A stretch of 64,000 bases of DNA from Clostridiales bacterium Firm_11. Its GTDB lineage: Bacteria; Bacillota; Clostridia; Christensenellales; Aristaeellaceae. Each line of letters starts with the position of its first letter. The first letter of the stretch is position 1. The stretch is from the NCBI GenBank assembly GCA_001604105.1, contig LVAQ01000011.1:25640-89639 (forward strand). The letters run 5' to 3'. This document shows, in pieces, positions 1-10,275 of this stretch. Under the pieces are notes generated by a model. The model saw nothing but the letters and a program-made list of their open reading frames with translations. It searched no databases and was not told the origin of the DNA. The position numbers and the translations under genes are program-made.

Positions 1-135
1 CTTTTGCATGTATATGCCTCCATTTCTCACGATAGTTTATCATACACGAAACCAGAAAAAAAGCAACCCATTGCATTGACAGCCGCATGGTGGTGCGGTA
101 TTGTAACAATCAGTTTAACGGGGGAGGGCAAGGTA

Positions 136-408
136 ATGCAAAAGGCGCTGGTATCCGTAACGGGGCAAGATAAAGTTGGCATCATCGCCAAGGTAAGCAC
201 AACGCTATGCGAGCAGAATATCAATATTTTAGAAATCTCTCAGACGATCATCGATGGATGCTTTACGATGCTTATGGTGGTAGATCTAGAAAATACACGT
301 GATGATTTTCAAGCGATTGCCAAAACCCTTGCCAGCATTGGTGAGGAGATCGGCGTTTTGGTGAATATCCAGCGCATGGACATCTTTGCGGCAATGCACC
401 GTATTTGA
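136..408 (+). CDS. ACT-domain protein (UPF0237-type, ~90 aa)
   Basis: ORF 4..408 trimmed to ATG 136, which follows a [32 protein letters not shown]...[10 protein letters not shown] is typical of stand-alone ACT proteins. Stop lies 13 nt before the next gene. Confidence 0.8.
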   Translation: MQKALVSVTGQDKVGIIAKVSTTLCEQNINILEISQTIIDGCFTMLMVVDLENTRDDFQAIAKTLASIGEEIGVLVNIQRMDIFAAMHRI

Positions 409-421
409 CAGGAGGGTTACC

Positions 422-1768
422 ATGCTGGAAACAAGCGAGATCCTTCAAACCATTCATATGATCCAGGAGCAGCATTTTGATATTCGAACCATCACGCTGG
501 GCATCAATTTGTTGGATTGCCGACGAGACAACGACGCCGCAACAGCGGAATGCGTTTACGATAAAATACGGCGTTTGGCCAGTCATCTTGTGCCGGTAGG
601 CAATGCGCTGGAGAACGAACTCGGCGTACCCATCGTTAATAAACGCCTAAGCGTAACGCCTGTGAGCATGATTTCCGGCACAGATCCAATGCGAATTGCC
701 ATTGCGCTGGATGCGGCCGCGGGCGATGTGGGTGTCAACCTGATCGGCGGCTATGGCGCGCTGATGCACAAAGGCAGTACAAATGCGGAGAATACTCTGC
801 TGGAAAGCATGCCTGAGGTTTTTGCCAAAACGCAGCGATTGTGCGGCAGCGTAAACGTTGCCAGCACACGGAGCGGCATCAATATGGACGCGGTTCGAAG
901 AATGGGGCACATCATCAAGCAGACTGCGGAGCTGACTGCCGCGCAAGATGGTTTTGGCTGCGCGAAGCTTGTGGTGTTTGCCAATGCCGTAGAGGATAAT
1001 CCCTTTATGGCTGGTGCATTTCATGGTGTGGGCGAACCGGAATGCGTTGTAAATGTTGGCGTCAGTGGCCCCGGCGTAGTGCAGCGCGCATTGGAGACCG
1101 TGCGTGGCAAACCTTTTGATGTGGTTGCCGAAACCATCAAACGAACAGCGTTTAAAATCACGCGGGTGGGGGAATTGGTTGCGCAGGAAGCGGCAAAGCG
1201 CCTCGGGGTTCCCTATGGTATTGTTGATTTGTCACTGGCGCCTACGCCTGCGCGGGGCGATAGCGTTGCCTATATTTTGAAGGAAATGGGCTTGGAGATG
1301 GCAGGCGCGCCTGGTACCACCGCTGCGCTGGCCATGCTCAACGATATGGTAAAAAAAGGCGGCGTAATGGCTTCCAGCCACGTAGGCGGGCTAAGCGGCG
1401 CGTTTATTCCTGTCAGTGAAGATATCGGAATGATCGAAGCCGCCGAAGCCAACTGCCTGACGATTGAAAAGCTGGAAGCGATGACTTGTGTCTGCTCTGT
1501 TGGACTGGATATGATCGCCATACCGGGGGATACCAGTGCAAACACCATCGCGGGCATCATCGCCGATGAGGTGGCGATTGGTATGGTGAACAACAAAACA
1601 ACGGCCGTCCGTATTATTCCGGCAGTTGGCAAGGGATACGGCGACAGCATCAATTTCGGAGGGTTGTTTGGCTACGCACCCATTATGAAGGTGAATACCT
1701 TCAGTAATGACGCGTTTATTGAACGCGGAGGCCGCATTCCGGCGCCGTTACACAGCTTGCGAAATTGA
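422..1768 (+). CDS. UPF0210 / DUF711 family protein
   Basis: ORF 386..1768 trimmed to ATG 422 after a GGAGGG SD. The 448-aa product has the N-terminus [33 protein letters not shown] characteristic of UPF0210. It is paired with an ACT protein, as in many Firmicutes. Confidence 0.8.
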   Translation: MLETSEILQTIHMIQEQHFDIRTITLGINLLDCRRDNDAATAECVYDKIRRLASHLVPVGNALENELGVPIVNKRLSVTPVSMISGTDPMRIAIALDAAAGDVGVNLIGGYGALMHKGSTNAENTLLESMPEVFAKTQRLCGSVNVASTRSGINMDAVRRMGHIIKQTAELTAAQDGFGCAKLVVFANAVEDNPFMAGAFHGVGEPECVVNVGVSGPGVVQRALETVRGKPFDVVAETIKRTAFKITRVGELVAQEAAKRLGVPYGIVDLSLAPTPARGDSVAYILKEMGLEMAGAPGTTAALAMLNDMVKKGGVMASSHVGGLSGAFIPVSEDIGMIEAAEANCLTIEKLEAMTCVCSVGLDMIAIPGDTSANTIAGIIADEVAIGMVNNKTTAVRIIPAVGKGYGDSINFGGLFGYAPIMKVNTFSNDAFIERGGRIPAPLHSLRN

Positions 1769-1778
1769 AACGGAAACG

Positions 1779-1810
1779 CCGTGGTTTGCACAAAAGCACC
1801 ACGGTGTTTT
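1779..1810. terminator. Hairpin between convergent UPF0210 gene and ispE
   Basis: Arms ccgtggt (1779-1785) and accacgg (1798-1804), followed by tgttttt. Confidence 0.5.
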
Positions 1811-1836
1811 TCGTTACAAGTAGGTTTTGCATCGGT

Positions 1837-2703
1837 TTATTCTGCGAACACTACCCCTTCGGCAGCCGTTTGGGTAAGCCAGCACTTTTTCCAGCGTTTT
1901 CGCAGCAAACGGTATGCTTGCTGCGCAACCTCCAAACGCGTGTACGCGCCGAAAACCGCGCTTCCGCTGCCTGTCATCTGGGCATAATCCGCGTTACAAG
2001 CTTCCAGTGCGGCGATGGCTTCCAGTATCTGCGGACGTTTTCGCTCACTCGCAGCAAGCAGCACATTGCCCGCCGTGCGAGAAAGCGTTGCCAGATCGCG
2101 CCTAAGCAATGCCGATTGTGCATGCTGTGTCATGGGATGGCGCACTTGAACCAATTGATCATAGGCGGTAAACACTACTTTGGTGGAAAGTGCCTGGCAG
2201 GGTTGCAAGATAACCAAATGCACCGTATCCAAAGCCGTAAGCGATTGGATTTGTTCGCCGATGCCGCCCACGCGAGCCAGTCCGCCCACCAGCATGAAGG
2301 GCACATCCGCGCCGATGCGAAGGCCAATATTGCAAAGCTGATCCAGTGTTAGTCTGGTATCCCATAGACGATTAAGCCCGATCAGCGCCGCAGCGGCGTC
2401 CGCGCTGCCCCCGCCCATGCCCGCACCCATGGGAATGCGCTTCTGAAGCCGCAGGGCAGCGCCTTGACGAATATCCGCAGCTTGCTGCAAGGCTCTTGCC
2501 GCCAGCAATACCAGGTTATCATCCATGCTCAGGTTGATGCTGCCTTCCAGTGACAACGTAAGCGTATCGGCAGGCAAAATGGTAAGGCGATCCGCCAGCA
2601 TCACGCTCTCCATCAACATATCCATCTGGTGGTATCCATCCTCTCGCGACCCCAGAATGTCAAGCGACCAGTTGATTTTCGCGCGCGCTTCCAGCATCAG
2701 CAT
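1837..2703 (-). CDS. ispE: 4-diphosphocytidyl-2-C-methyl-D-erythritol kinase
   Basis: 288 aa with KINWSLDILG N-terminus and the GHMP kinase loop PMGAGMGGGSADAAAAL. Confidence 0.9.
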   Translation of the reverse strand: MLMLEARAKINWSLDILGSREDGYHQMDMLMESVMLADRLTILPADTLTLSLEGSINLSMDDNLVLLAARALQQAADIRQGAALRLQKRIPMGAGMGGGSADAAAALIGLNRLWDTRLTLDQLCNIGLRIGADVPFMLVGGLARVGGIGEQIQSLTALDTVHLVILQPCQALSTKVVFTAYDQLVQVRHPMTQHAQSALLRRDLATLSRTAGNVLLAASERKRPQILEAIAALEACNADYAQMTGSGSAVFGAYTRLEVAQQAYRLLRKRWKKCWLTQTAAEGVVFAE

Positions 2704-2778
2704 TGCATACCGCTCCTTCTTGTGCTATATTAACCTATTATAGCAGGTTCTCCGCAACGGGGGAACAAGGAGGTATCT

Positions 2779-3225
2779 ATGGGGGCAAGCAAGGGCATTC
2801 CAATTCTGATTTCGCTGGATGCTTATACCAATACAGATGGCCAGCCACAGGATACGATGCGCCTGATTACCACCGGTCAGCTATTTGAGGATGATAATGA
2901 AACTGTGATCAAGTATGAAGAAACCCTTGATGAAAATGAACCGCCGCATCGAATCAGCATCACGGTACGGGATCGTGTAATAACCATGGATCGGCAAGGG
3001 TCTATGGCTGCCAATATGGTATTTCAAAAGGGAAAGCGTTTCGAGAGTCAATACCAGACTCCCTATGGCGTGATGGATATGGCGCTGTACTGCACCAAAG
3101 CCGCATTCACACGGGATAACGCAGGCGGCGGTGAGATTGCGTTGCAATACCAGCTGGATCTATCCGGCCAATACGCAGCCATGCACGATATGAAGCTGCA
3201 TTTTATGCGCAAGAAAAGCCCATGA
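2779..3225 (+). CDS. DUF1934 (YwiB-like beta-barrel) protein
   Basis: 148 aa with AGGAGG SD. The pattern ...TTGQLFEDDNETVIKYEE...ISITV...VITMDRQG is typical of DUF1934. Confidence 0.7.
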   Translation: MGASKGIPILISLDAYTNTDGQPQDTMRLITTGQLFEDDNETVIKYEETLDENEPPHRISITVRDRVITMDRQGSMAANMVFQKGKRFESQYQTPYGVMDMALYCTKAAFTRDNAGGGEIALQYQLDLSGQYAAMHDMKLHFMRKKSP

Positions 3226-3749
3226 TTATGATGGAAGAAAGCGCTTCTATCGCCGCTATGCTAGGCTGCGGCGGTTTTGTGCGTCGAAATACCGAGGATT
3301 GCTCCCTTTGGATTAGTGATGCGCCGCGGCGCCTTGAGAAAGCACAATTAATCAGCGCAATGGCGGCGCTTGAGGGCGAAGGGTACACCGTTTGGCGCAC
3401 ATCGCGGCAGATGCTGGCCATCGATTGGAATGAAGTGCGTTGGCAGGCTTGGGTGGACGAAACAACAACCGTTGTGGATGTTCCCTTCCCGCAAGATGAT
3501 TGCATTTTCCCCGTTTTTGCCCTGACAAGACTACTAAAGGCACATCCGTACGCCTGGCATGCTCAGCCGAAAACGCTGATTCGATGCTTGCTAAAGAACA
3601 TGCAAAATCGCAATCAACTGATTACGTGCGCAAAAGCAATTCATCAGCAGTGTGCGGTAAGGCTCAGGCGCGGAGATGCGTTGCCCTCAGCGGTAGCCGG
3701 TGTGCTTACACAGTGGCTGCTCGCTTATGCAAAGGAGGAAACACGATGA
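3222..3749 (+). CDS. Hypothetical protein (175 aa)
   Basis: ATGA overlap with the DUF1934 stop (3222-3225) and ATGA overlap with the next gene (3746-3749). No family recognised. Confidence 0.55.
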   Translation: MIMMEESASIAAMLGCGGFVRRNTEDCSLWISDAPRRLEKAQLISAMAALEGEGYTVWRTSRQMLAIDWNEVRWQAWVDETTTVVDVPFPQDDCIFPVFALTRLLKAHPYAWHAQPKTLIRCLLKNMQNRNQLITCAKAIHQQCAVRLRRGDALPSAVAGVLTQWLLAYAKEETR

Positions 3750-4402
3750 TTATCCGCTACTATGGACACTCGCTGTTCACGTTAACGCTGGAAAACGGAT
3801 ACATCATCCTGACGGATCCGTATGGCGAATTCTACAGCTATCCTACGCGTACGCTGAAAGCAGACATCGTTACGGTGAGCCACCACCATCATGATCATGA
3901 CGCTGTTTCCATGGTGGAAGGCAATCCTGTCATCATAGACCAACCTGGTGTACACCTGCCATCGGATGGCGTGCGGATCATCGGCATTCCCAGCAAGCAT
4001 GACGATGCCAACGGCGCAAAACGGGGCGATAATCTCATTTTCTGCTTGGAGGCGGAAGGGCTCAGGGTTGTACACTTGGGGGATTTGGGTCATGTGCTTA
4101 CGCCTGAACATTGCCATGCCATCGGTACCCCGGACATTTTAATAACACCAGTGGGCGGCACCTACACCACCGATGCCATAGCCGCACAACAGAATACACA
4201 GCTTTTAAACCCACGCGTTACCATCCCGATGCATTACCAGACGGATTACAATCGTGATATGCCCATTGTAACAGTAGAACCCTTTCTTGCGTTGATGAAC
4301 GAAACGCCATTACCCATGACGCTTTGCCGCATCACCCATCAGGATATCAACGAGCGCTCCAGCTTGTTGTTGATGAGCATTACCGCTGCCGCGCCTGCTT
4401 GA
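3746..4402 (+). CDS. MBL-fold metal-dependent hydrolase (UPF0173-like)
   Basis: ORF 3500..4402 trimmed to ATG 3746 after AAAGGAGG. MIIRYYGHSLFTL...VSHHHHDHD metallo-beta-lactamase motif. Confidence 0.8.
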   Translation: MIIRYYGHSLFTLTLENGYIILTDPYGEFYSYPTRTLKADIVTVSHHHHDHDAVSMVEGNPVIIDQPGVHLPSDGVRIIGIPSKHDDANGAKRGDNLIFCLEAEGLRVVHLGDLGHVLTPEHCHAIGTPDILITPVGGTYTTDAIAAQQNTQLLNPRVTIPMHYQTDYNRDMPIVTVEPFLALMNETPLPMTLCRITHQDINERSSLLLMSITAAAPA

Positions 4403-4458
4403 CAGTCTGGCAGATTGTCCATAAAATGAAGTGGTGAAAGATAAAGGAGCGGTATAGC

Positions 4459-6048
4459 ATGAAATACGTTTTTATTACCGGCGGCGTAGTCTCCTCCTTA
4501 GGCAAGGGCATTACATCCGCATCACTGGGCAAGCTGCTCAAGTCGCGCGGATACAAAGTTAGTCTGCAAAAGCTTGACCTGTACTATAATGTTGAACCTG
4601 GATTCTTAAGCCCGCTTGAACATGGAGAAGCGTTTATTACCCAGGATGGCGCAGCCGCCGATTTGGATCTTGGACACTTTGAACGCTTTGTGGATGTAGA
4701 TCTGACTGGCGATGCCAGCATGACTACAGGTAAGATCCATCGCAGGCTGATTGAAAGTGAACTGCGGGGCGAATACCGCGGTTCTACCATCCAGGCCATC
4801 CCGCATGTGGCCAATGAAATCAAAGCCTGCATTCGTGAGGCTGCGTTGCAGGCCGGTTCGGAGATCCAGATCGTTGAAATTGGCGGCACAGTGGGCGATA
4901 TGGAAGCAGCCGTGTACCTTGAGGCCATTCGGCAAATGCGCTGGGAATGTCCAAACCCCAACGATTGCTGCTATATCCATGTTACGCTGATGCCGTTTAT
5001 CATCACCGCTGGAGAGCTAAAGACCAAGCCGACGCAAAACAGCGTAAAAGTGCTCCGCTCGGCAGGCATCCAACCGGATGTGATCGTCTGCCGCACTGAG
5101 GTTGCTATGACGACCGAAGCAAAGGACAAGATCGCACTGTTTTGCAATGTCAAAGCTGGCAATGTAATTCAAAACCTTGATGAAGAATGCATCTATGATG
5201 TGCCGCTCATGTTGGAAAAAGAAGGACTGGCCAAAAGCGTGTTGGCTGAACTGGGGCTTGAGAACCGACCTGCCGATTTGGAATCATGGAAAACCATGAG
5301 TCAGCGTTTACGTTTGTTTGCCCGCGAGCTGAAAGTTGCGCTTGTCGGCAAATATGTTACCGTACCGGATGCTTATTTATCGGTTACCGAAGCACTTCAG
5401 CATGCTGGCCTGACGCAGGAAGTGCGTGTTCAGGTGACCCGCGTCAACAGCGAGGACATTCGGCCAGAAACCGTGCGCGATATTCTCGGCGGGTTTCAGG
5501 CAATTGTTGTCCCCGGCGGGTATGGCGACCGCGGCAGTGATGGTATGCTGGTAGCCGCACGTTATGCCCGCGAAAACATGGTGCCTTTCCTGTCCATCGG
5601 GTTTGGGATGCAGTTGACGGTGGTTGACGCTGTGCGTTGCTTACTTGGCATTGAAGGCGCCAATACAACAGAGGTAGATGCACAAACGCCGTTTCCGGTT
5701 GTACGGATTCCGGAAGATCGGGTATGCCATAATGACAGCCGCAGCGCTACACGCATGGGTAGCGAGGAAATTGCTTTGCGCCCTGGCAAACTGCGCGATC
5801 TGTATGGGATGGATGTGATACAGGAGCGCCATAGCAACCGTTACGAAGTGGATCGGCAATACCTTGAAGCCTTAGCGGCAAAAGGGTTTAGGCTGGTAGG
5901 CAGCAGCGTGAACGGCAACTATCCGGAAGCTTTTGAAATGGAGAACCATCCTTTCTTTATGAGTGTAATTTACCATCCTGAATACCAATCGCGCCCGAGC
6001 AAGCCGCATCCGTTATTCCAGGCACTATTGCGCGTTGCCAAAGGATAA
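4459..6048 (+). CDS. pyrG: CTP synthase
   Basis: 529 aa. MKYVFITGGVVSSLGKGI N-terminus and a C-terminal glutamine amidotransferase domain. Confidence 0.95.
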   Translation: MKYVFITGGVVSSLGKGITSASLGKLLKSRGYKVSLQKLDLYYNVEPGFLSPLEHGEAFITQDGAAADLDLGHFERFVDVDLTGDASMTTGKIHRRLIESELRGEYRGSTIQAIPHVANEIKACIREAALQAGSEIQIVEIGGTVGDMEAAVYLEAIRQMRWECPNPNDCCYIHVTLMPFIITAGELKTKPTQNSVKVLRSAGIQPDVIVCRTEVAMTTEAKDKIALFCNVKAGNVIQNLDEECIYDVPLMLEKEGLAKSVLAELGLENRPADLESWKTMSQRLRLFARELKVALVGKYVTVPDAYLSVTEALQHAGLTQEVRVQVTRVNSEDIRPETVRDILGGFQAIVVPGGYGDRGSDGMLVAARYARENMVPFLSIGFGMQLTVVDAVRCLLGIEGANTTEVDAQTPFPVVRIPEDRVCHNDSRSATRMGSEEIALRPGKLRDLYGMDVIQERHSNRYEVDRQYLEALAAKGFRLVGSSVNGNYPEAFEMENHPFFMSVIYHPEYQSRPSKPHPLFQALLRVAKG

Positions 6049-6130
6049 TTCGGCAAGGCTCTACCCGTTCATGATCCCGATGATGGCATGCAAAAGGAAA
6101 CGATTATCAGGTTTTAGTGCCGTACACTGT

Positions 6131-6160
6131 AAAAGCGCTCTGTTAATCAAGAGCGTTTTT
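6131..6160 (+). terminator. Rho-independent terminator after pyrG
   Basis: aaaagcgctct / agagcgttttt stem with one bulge and a T-run. Confidence 0.6.
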
Positions 6161-6193
6161 ACAATTGCGCACCGTGTGTACGCAGCCGAGCCG

Positions 6194-6222
6194 TTTTCTT
6201 GTGTTCGGGTTTGTGCTATAAT
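6194..6222 (+). promoter_or_regulatory. Candidate sigma-A promoter of the CotH operon
   Basis: Extended -10 TGcTATAAT at 6214-6222. The -35 (ttttct) is weak. Confidence 0.4.
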
Positions 6223-6272
6223 TGGTTGGCGTATGCTATACCATCGCAGAATACAAGGGGGGGAATGCCTGA

Positions 6273-9200
6273 ATGCAGCGTAACGCGCCGCAGCAGCATC
6301 GGCCTACCAAGGATTACGCGCCGAGGAAGCGCAAAAGCCGTGCCGCAACAGTACTGCCGTTGCTGGTTTTGTTTGTGGTCTCGCTGGCGGTACTGTACCT
6401 GATCCTGCCCAAGGAAGCGGGTAAACATGTTGGCGGCACTCGTTATGACGGTCTGGTTATCAGCGAAGTAATGGCCGCCAATTCTTCAGCCGTGCCGGAT
6501 GAAACGGGATCCTTCAGTGATTGGCTTGAAATTTATAACGGCACCGGCGCGGATTTGGACATGGAAGGGGTCATGCTTACCAATCGAAATGACCGCATTA
6601 CGTTTCCGTTTCCTTCCTACCTGCTAAAGGCGGGGGAGCGCGTCATTGTATTTGCGGATAACCGCTATCAGCTGGATCCCTCCTTACCGTTCCACGGCAA
6701 GTTCAAAATCGCGTCTGTCGGCGCACATATCTATATGTATGATCCCGATATGTACCTGATCGACGAGGTCATCACCCCTACCATGACGGCCGATCAAAGC
6801 TACGCGTTTACGGGCTTGGATGAAAATGGCGAAAAGCAGTACATCCTTACCGATTACTACAGCCCCGGCTATGAGAACACCGAGGAGGGGTTTGTTGCTT
6901 ATCGCTCGGAAAACGCCACCCGCACCGGCGCGCTCATTATCAACGAAGTGTGTCCAGCGCCCAAAGTGGGCATTCCGGACGAGGACAACGAAATTGTCGA
7001 TTGGGTTGAGCTGCGCAACACCACCAATGAAACGATTTCCCTCGCAGGTTATTACCTGAGCGACAAGGAGAATCGACCGCTGAAATGGCGGTTCCCCGAA
7101 TCGGCAAGCATCGCGCCAAACGGCTACTTTCTGGTATATTGCAGCGGCAAAGATAAGCTTCAGCAGAACGGTGTGCCGCATACCAACTTTTCCATCAGCG
7201 CTGAGCGAGAAACAATTGTGCTCAGTGATAATAACGGGCGACTGGTGGATCGCGTATCCATCGAGAATGTTCCGACGGATTATTCGGTGGGTCGTGACAA
7301 GACGGGTGCCTGGGTGTTCTTTTCGCTATCAACACCGGGAAACCCCAATGATGCCAATGGGCAAAGCAAAACCGATGAGTTGATACGCGCGTATAACCCG
7401 ACGGGCGTGTATATCAGCGAAGTGATGGCTTCCAATGATACGGTGATGGTAGGATCAACGTCTACCATCGCCTGTGATTATGTGGAGCTTTACAACTCGT
7501 CCAATAAAACAGTTGATCTTAGTTATTATGGCCTTAGCGACAGCCTGTCCCGCCCACGCAAATGGCAGTTTCCCCAGGGGATCGTCATAGAGCCAGGCGA
7601 ATACAAGGTCATTCTATTGGATGGAAACTCGGCGATGAGCAGCTACTATGAGCTGCATACCAATTTCAAACTGGCTCGAGCAGGCGGCGAGACCATATCA
7701 TTTTGCGACCCCAGCGGCAAAGTGTTGGACCGCCTGCCGCTTTCCTTGATACCCACCGATCATAGTTATGGAAGAACCACCGGATATGCTGGTTTTTACT
7801 ATTACAATACACCCACCCCCGGAGCGCCAAACGGCACAGGATATTATGGCTATGCAAGCAATCCATCGTTCTCACAAAACGGCGGTGAATATAAAGGCTC
7901 CGTTCAGGTATCCATCAGCATCCCTAAAGATACCATCGTCTATTATACCATCGACGGCTCCATTCCCACGAGCGCTTCCACGCAGTATTATGAAGGGGAT
8001 GTGTTTGATATCAGCCGCGTGACTGTGCTGCGCGCACGCGCTTTTGACCCGGATGGACTATTGCAGCCCAGCGAAACCATTACCCAAACCTACCTGCCCA
8101 ATGTGTACCATGAGTTCCCGATCGTTAGCTTAGTTACTGACCCCGACGAGCTTTGGAATGCGGAAACCGGCATGTTGACGGTGGGCGAGAACGTGGATAA
8201 GAGCAGGGGAATTCCGTTCAAAAATACAATCTATCGCGAATTTGGCAAAATCATGCGGGCAGGTCATATTGAAATGTATCTCAAGGACGGTACCCAATTG
8301 ATCAGTCAGGGAATGGAGTTCGGGCTGCAAGGCCAGTATAGCCTGGACATGCCGCAAAAGACTTTTAAAGTACGGGCAAAAGCCAAATATGGCGCGAAAT
8401 ACTTCGAAGCGCCGCAATTATTCGATGATCGGGAGTTTACTTCCTATAAAAATATCGTACTGCGAAACAGTGGCAACGATTGCGTTTGGACGCGCATGAA
8501 CGACAGCTTTCAAAGCAGGTTGATTGACGCTTTTAATGAACAGGCAGCAGAACCTTCCACCGTTGTGCACCAAGCAACGCGACCCGTTGTGGTCTACCTA
8601 AACGGCAGGTATTGGGGGCACTATAACCTTCGTGAGCGTGCGGATCGCTACTTTGTTGCCCAGCACGAGGGGATTGGACTTGATCAGGCCAATAACATGG
8701 ATGTATTGGAAGCCAGCAGTAAGCTGGTGTACGGTTCAGCCAAGGGTTATACGGATATGATCAAGCGCATCAAGGCCAGTTCGCCCGGTACCAACGCAAG
8801 CGATCTGCAATACATTCTGGATAATGTTGATGTGGATAATTACTTTGACTACATGGCCTTTGAGATGTTCTTTGGCAACTCTGACCCGGGTAATATTCGC
8901 TTCTACCGCTTGCATCAGGAGGGAAGCAAGTGGCGCTGGATCTTCTTCGATGCGGATTACGGATTGTTCCGCAGCGGATTTGACAGCATGACCAGTTATC
9001 TGAAGCCGGCTGGAGCAGGTGAGCAGAAGATAGATAATACCATCATTAGAAAGCTTCTGGAAAATGAGGAAATGCTGGATAAGTTCCTCACGCGCCTTGG
9101 GGAAATCTATCAGTTTTTTACCACCGAGAAGATGACGGAAATCTTTGACGCCATGGCGGCAGTATTGGCGCCTGAAATGCCTGTGCACTTTGCGCGCTGG

Positions 9201-9440
9201 GCAGAAGAAAACGATAAGGCAATCAATGTCGATTCTCCCACAACACCGGAAGGTGCGCTGCGCTACTGGAATACACGCCTGGATTATACACGTAACGTGC
9301 TTAAAAAGCGGCCGCGATATTTCTATGAAATGGTGCAGGAACGCCTTTCGTTGACCGATGCGCAGATGCTGGGATACTTTGGTGAGAAGCCAGAGTTGCC
9401 GGAAGACGCCATTTATACCGAGGGTAAAAAGTGGGGTTAA
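6273..9440 (+). CDS. Membrane-anchored multidomain CotH kinase-family protein (3 lamin-tail-like domains + CotH)
   Basis: 1055 aa. N-terminal basic stretch plus TM (ATVLPLLVLFVVSLAVLYLIL). Three LTD-like units (ISEVMAANSS..DWLEIYN, INEVCP..DWVELRN, ISEVMASND..DYVELYN). C-terminal CotH-like region (VLRNSGNDC...YWGHYNLRERADRYF). Confidence 0.85.
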   Translation: MQRNAPQQHRPTKDYAPRKRKSRAATVLPLLVLFVVSLAVLYLILPKEAGKHVGGTRYDGLVISEVMAANSSAVPDETGSFSDWLEIYNGTGADLDMEGVMLTNRNDRITFPFPSYLLKAGERVIVFADNRYQLDPSLPFHGKFKIASVGAHIYMYDPDMYLIDEVITPTMTADQSYAFTGLDENGEKQYILTDYYSPGYENTEEGFVAYRSENATRTGALIINEVCPAPKVGIPDEDNEIVDWVELRNTTNETISLAGYYLSDKENRPLKWRFPESASIAPNGYFLVYCSGKDKLQQNGVPHTNFSISAERETIVLSDNNGRLVDRVSIENVPTDYSVGRDKTGAWVFFSLSTPGNPNDANGQSKTDELIRAYNPTGVYISEVMASNDTVMVGSTSTIACDYVELYNSSNKTVDLSYYGLSDSLSRPRKWQFPQGIVIEPGEYKVILLDGNSAMSSYYELHTNFKLARAGGETISFCDPSGKVLDRLPLSLIPTDHSYGRTTGYAGFYYYNTPTPGAPNGTGYYGYASNPSFSQNGGEYKGSVQVSISIPKDTIVYYTIDGSIPTSASTQYYEGDVFDISRVTVLRARAFDPDGLLQPSETITQTYLPNVYHEFPIVSLVTDPDELWNAETGMLTVGENVDKSRGIPFKNTIYREFGKIMRAGHIEMYLKDGTQLISQGMEFGLQGQYSLDMPQKTFKVRAKAKYGAKYFEAPQLFDDREFTSYKNIVLRNSGNDCVWTRMNDSFQSRLIDAFNEQAAEPSTVVHQATRPVVVYLNGRYWGHYNLRERADRYFVAQHEGIGLDQANNMDVLEASSKLVYGSAKGYTDMIKRIKASSPGTNASDLQYILDNVDVDNYFDYMAFEMFFGNSDPGNIRFYRLHQEGSKWRWIFFDADYGLFRSGFDSMTSYLKPAGAGEQKIDNTIIRKLLENEEMLDKFLTRLGEIYQFFTTEKMTEIFDAMAAVLAPEMPVHFARWAEENDKAINVDSPTTPEGALRYWNTRLDYTRNVLKKRPRYFYEMVQERLSLTDAQMLGYFGEKPELPEDAIYTEGKKWG

Positions 9441-9540
9441 GGCGGGGGAGTGCGCAACAACCGCAAACCATACTGTTGCTTGACAAAGCATCGGTGACTG
9501 ATTATGATTATCAAAGTCGCATCAAGGAGGATACTTACGT

Positions 9541-10239
9541 ATGAGTTTTTCGGCACTGTTACAATCAACCAGCGTAGCCAGTATCGTTTCAGCAAGCGGG
9601 CTCGCGGCGCAGTTCAAGTCCATCGTGCCAAGCGATTTATTCCTGTCGCTGGGGCTGGGTTTTGTGGTAGGGGCAATTATTGCCATCGTATACAAGAAAA
9701 CCTATCGCGGCGTATTGTACAGCCCCAGCTTCTCCATCACTCTGATTATGCTGACGCTCATCACAACCCCTGTTGTTATGTGCATCAAGAGTGATATCGC
9801 GCTTTCCATGGGTATGGTAGGCGCTTTGTCCATTGTGCGCTTTCGTACGGCAGTTAAGGATCCCATTGATACGGCTTATATGTTTTGGGCGCTTACGATG
9901 GGGATTTTGTTGGGCGCGGGGCTGCAATTGATTGCGTTGATTGTGGTGCTGTGCATTGGCGTGATGATGTTTGTTCTGGCTTTTGTACAGTTCGCCAATC
10001 CCAATTCCTATTTGCTTGTCGTGCATTTTGACGAGTACAGCGAGCAGGCGATCACCGCCGAGTTACGGCGTTCCGTAAAAACATTCAAACTGCGCAGCAA
10101 ATCACTAACGAGAGCGGGCGCGGAAATGACCTATGAAGTTCGCCTGAACGAGCGGCATGAGATCGTTACACGCCTATTGGATATCGACGGCGTGCATGAT
10201 GCAACGCTGGTTGCGTGCCAGAGTGAAGTAGGCGCATAA
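9541..10239 (+). CDS. DUF4956 family multi-pass membrane protein
   Basis: 232 aa with AAGGAGG SD. Contains hydrophobic helices and the LSIVRFRTAVKDPIDTAYMFWAL motif typical of DUF4956. Confidence 0.75.
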   Translation: MSFSALLQSTSVASIVSASGLAAQFKSIVPSDLFLSLGLGFVVGAIIAIVYKKTYRGVLYSPSFSITLIMLTLITTPVVMCIKSDIALSMGMVGALSIVRFRTAVKDPIDTAYMFWALTMGILLGAGLQLIALIVVLCIGVMMFVLAFVQFANPNSYLLVVHFDEYSEQAITAELRRSVKTFKLRSKSLTRAGAEMTYEVRLNERHEIVTRLLDIDGVHDATLVACQSEVGA

Positions 10240-10275
10240 TTTTGAATTGCCTACGGGGAAAGGGGGCGACAGCGC

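Noticed and set aside
4-135. 5' extensions of supplied ORFs: 4..408, 386.., 3500.., 14634.., 20492..21832, 27601.., 28154.., 29977.., 32200.., 32598.., 36734.., 44564.., 45666.., 46601..47536, 53965..54681, 55645..57561, 57628..59178 and 59524..60453.
   Set aside because: In each case an internal start with a properly spaced SD coincides with the conserved N-terminus of the family, or with the stop of the upstream gene. The extended portions overlap neighbouring genes or lack an SD.
6257-6263. G7 homopolymer in the SD region of the CotH gene as a phase-variation tract.
   Set aside because: Seven Gs is short for slipped-strand switching, and the tract itself serves as the SD. No supporting evidence is available without population sequence data.
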